DNA from: a virus
Taxonomy: Duplodnaviria > Caudoviricetes
IMG/VR virus record: IMGVR_UViG_3300032288_000426
Span: 1 to 53,845 of that record
Reading direction: 5' to 3' (one strand)
Length of the DNA stretch: 53,845 nucleotides
The notes under the pieces were generated by a model. The model made no database searches. It was not told the origin of the DNA and worked only from the letters and a program-made list of their open reading frames with translations. This document shows positions 53,336 to 53,845 of the stretch, in pieces (positions within the stretch are counted from its first letter, which is position 1; every line of letters begins with the position of its first letter). The translations under genes and the position numbers were made by a program.

Positions 53336-53716
53336 TTAACGGAAGACTGAAACATAATACGATGCTGGGTCATAAAAATTTGCCGCACCTTGAATATCTG
53401 TCCAGCAGACTCTAATTTGAGTTGTAGATTGCGTAGTTGGTGTCCCAACAGACGCGCTGCCATAAATTCTTGCAACAACAGAACCATTTGACGTTGTATA
53501 CATTGGGGCAGATACATTTACGCAATAATTTGCATCCACCATAGCCACCGTAAAGTTCACCGTGTAGTCGCCTGTACCGTTATCCGTAATGCTTGATACG
53601 TTCCCTGAAGCTCTGATCGCAACCGTACCTGTGCCATTAAAATTAACCCAAGCCTTCGCCGTGTAGACCTCTACACCAGCCTGAGTTGCAATAGTCGTGA
53701 CTCGTATGGTGCTCAT
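53336..53716 (-). CDS. Tail fibre tip-like protein (paralogue B3)
   Basis: Same conserved core as B1 and B2. Confidence 0.7.
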   Translation of the reverse strand: MSTIRVTTIATQAGVEVYTAKAWVNFNGTGTVAIRASGNVSSITDNGTGDYTVNFTVAMVDANYCVNVSAPMYTTSNGSVVARIYGSASVGTPTTQSTTQIRVCWTDIQGAANFYDPASYYVSVFR

Positions 53717-53845
53717 ACAATAGCCCAGTTACCGCCAGTAGAGATAGTCACCGTTACGCCTGTAGCAATCGTAATCGGGCCTGAACTCATAGCGTTAGTT
53801 GTACTGCCAATGGTGCGGTTTGCTGTCACCGTCTGACCGTTCTCG
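53713..53845 (-). CDS. C-terminus of a tail fibre protein (start outside the window)
   Basis: ENGQTVTANRTIGSTTNAMSSGPITIATGVTVTISTGGNWAIV*. Confidence 0.65.
   Translation of the reverse strand, partial: ENGQTVTANRTIGSTTNAMSSGPITIATGVTVTISTGGNWAIV

Noticed and set aside
48815-53716. Diversity-generating retroelement or invertible shufflon
   Set aside because: No reverse transcriptase or invertase, no adenine-specific TR/VR pair seen, and all paralogues are in the same orientation.
1-53845. Direct circular join of the window ends into one fibre gene
   Set aside because: The frames do match (...SNAQL|ENGQTV...), but this has a 1-in-3 chance, no terminal repeat is visible and the junction reads unnaturally. 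A missing segment is more likely.

Overview
The window looks like most of the genome (~54 kb) of a tailed dsDNA phage with podovirus-like (P22/Sf6-type) gene order. A Proteobacterial host is likely but is only inferred. Minus strand 1-19.8 kb holds the head and packaging module: TerS, TerL, a 1397-aa polyvalent protein, portal, GroES, scaffold, major capsid, decoration proteins, adaptor and a fibre. From 19.8 to 20.5 kb there is a non-coding block of repeated, covarying RNA hairpins plus an 8-Cys secreted peptide. From 20.5 to 27.4 kb (minus) are early and replication genes: three copies of a sigma70 promoter/leader cassette, an HNH/Ref-like nuclease, RuvC, an SF4 helicase, a YdaU/DUF1376-like initiator with internal iterons, a C4-like RNA and a Cro-like HTH. 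From 27.5 to 33.1 kb (plus) is a mosaic of small genes, an SSB-like protein, HTHs and a PD-(D/E)XK exonuclease. From 33.2 to 53.8 kb (minus) are ejection proteins, tail proteins, lysis genes and tandem tail-fibre paralogues. The three most notable items are: (i) an acyl carrier protein plus a catalytically intact beta-ketoacyl synthase embedded between the tail hub gene and the ejection proteins, a candidate virion-protein lipidation system; (ii) a ~450-nt alternating hairpin ncRNA array upstream of the packaging operon; (iii) a recurring hydrophobic-x-x-GG motif across head-internal proteins. No integrase, CI-type repressor, DNA polymerase, canonical tRNA or CRISPR array was recognised. All calls come from motif reading and gene order, with no database searches.
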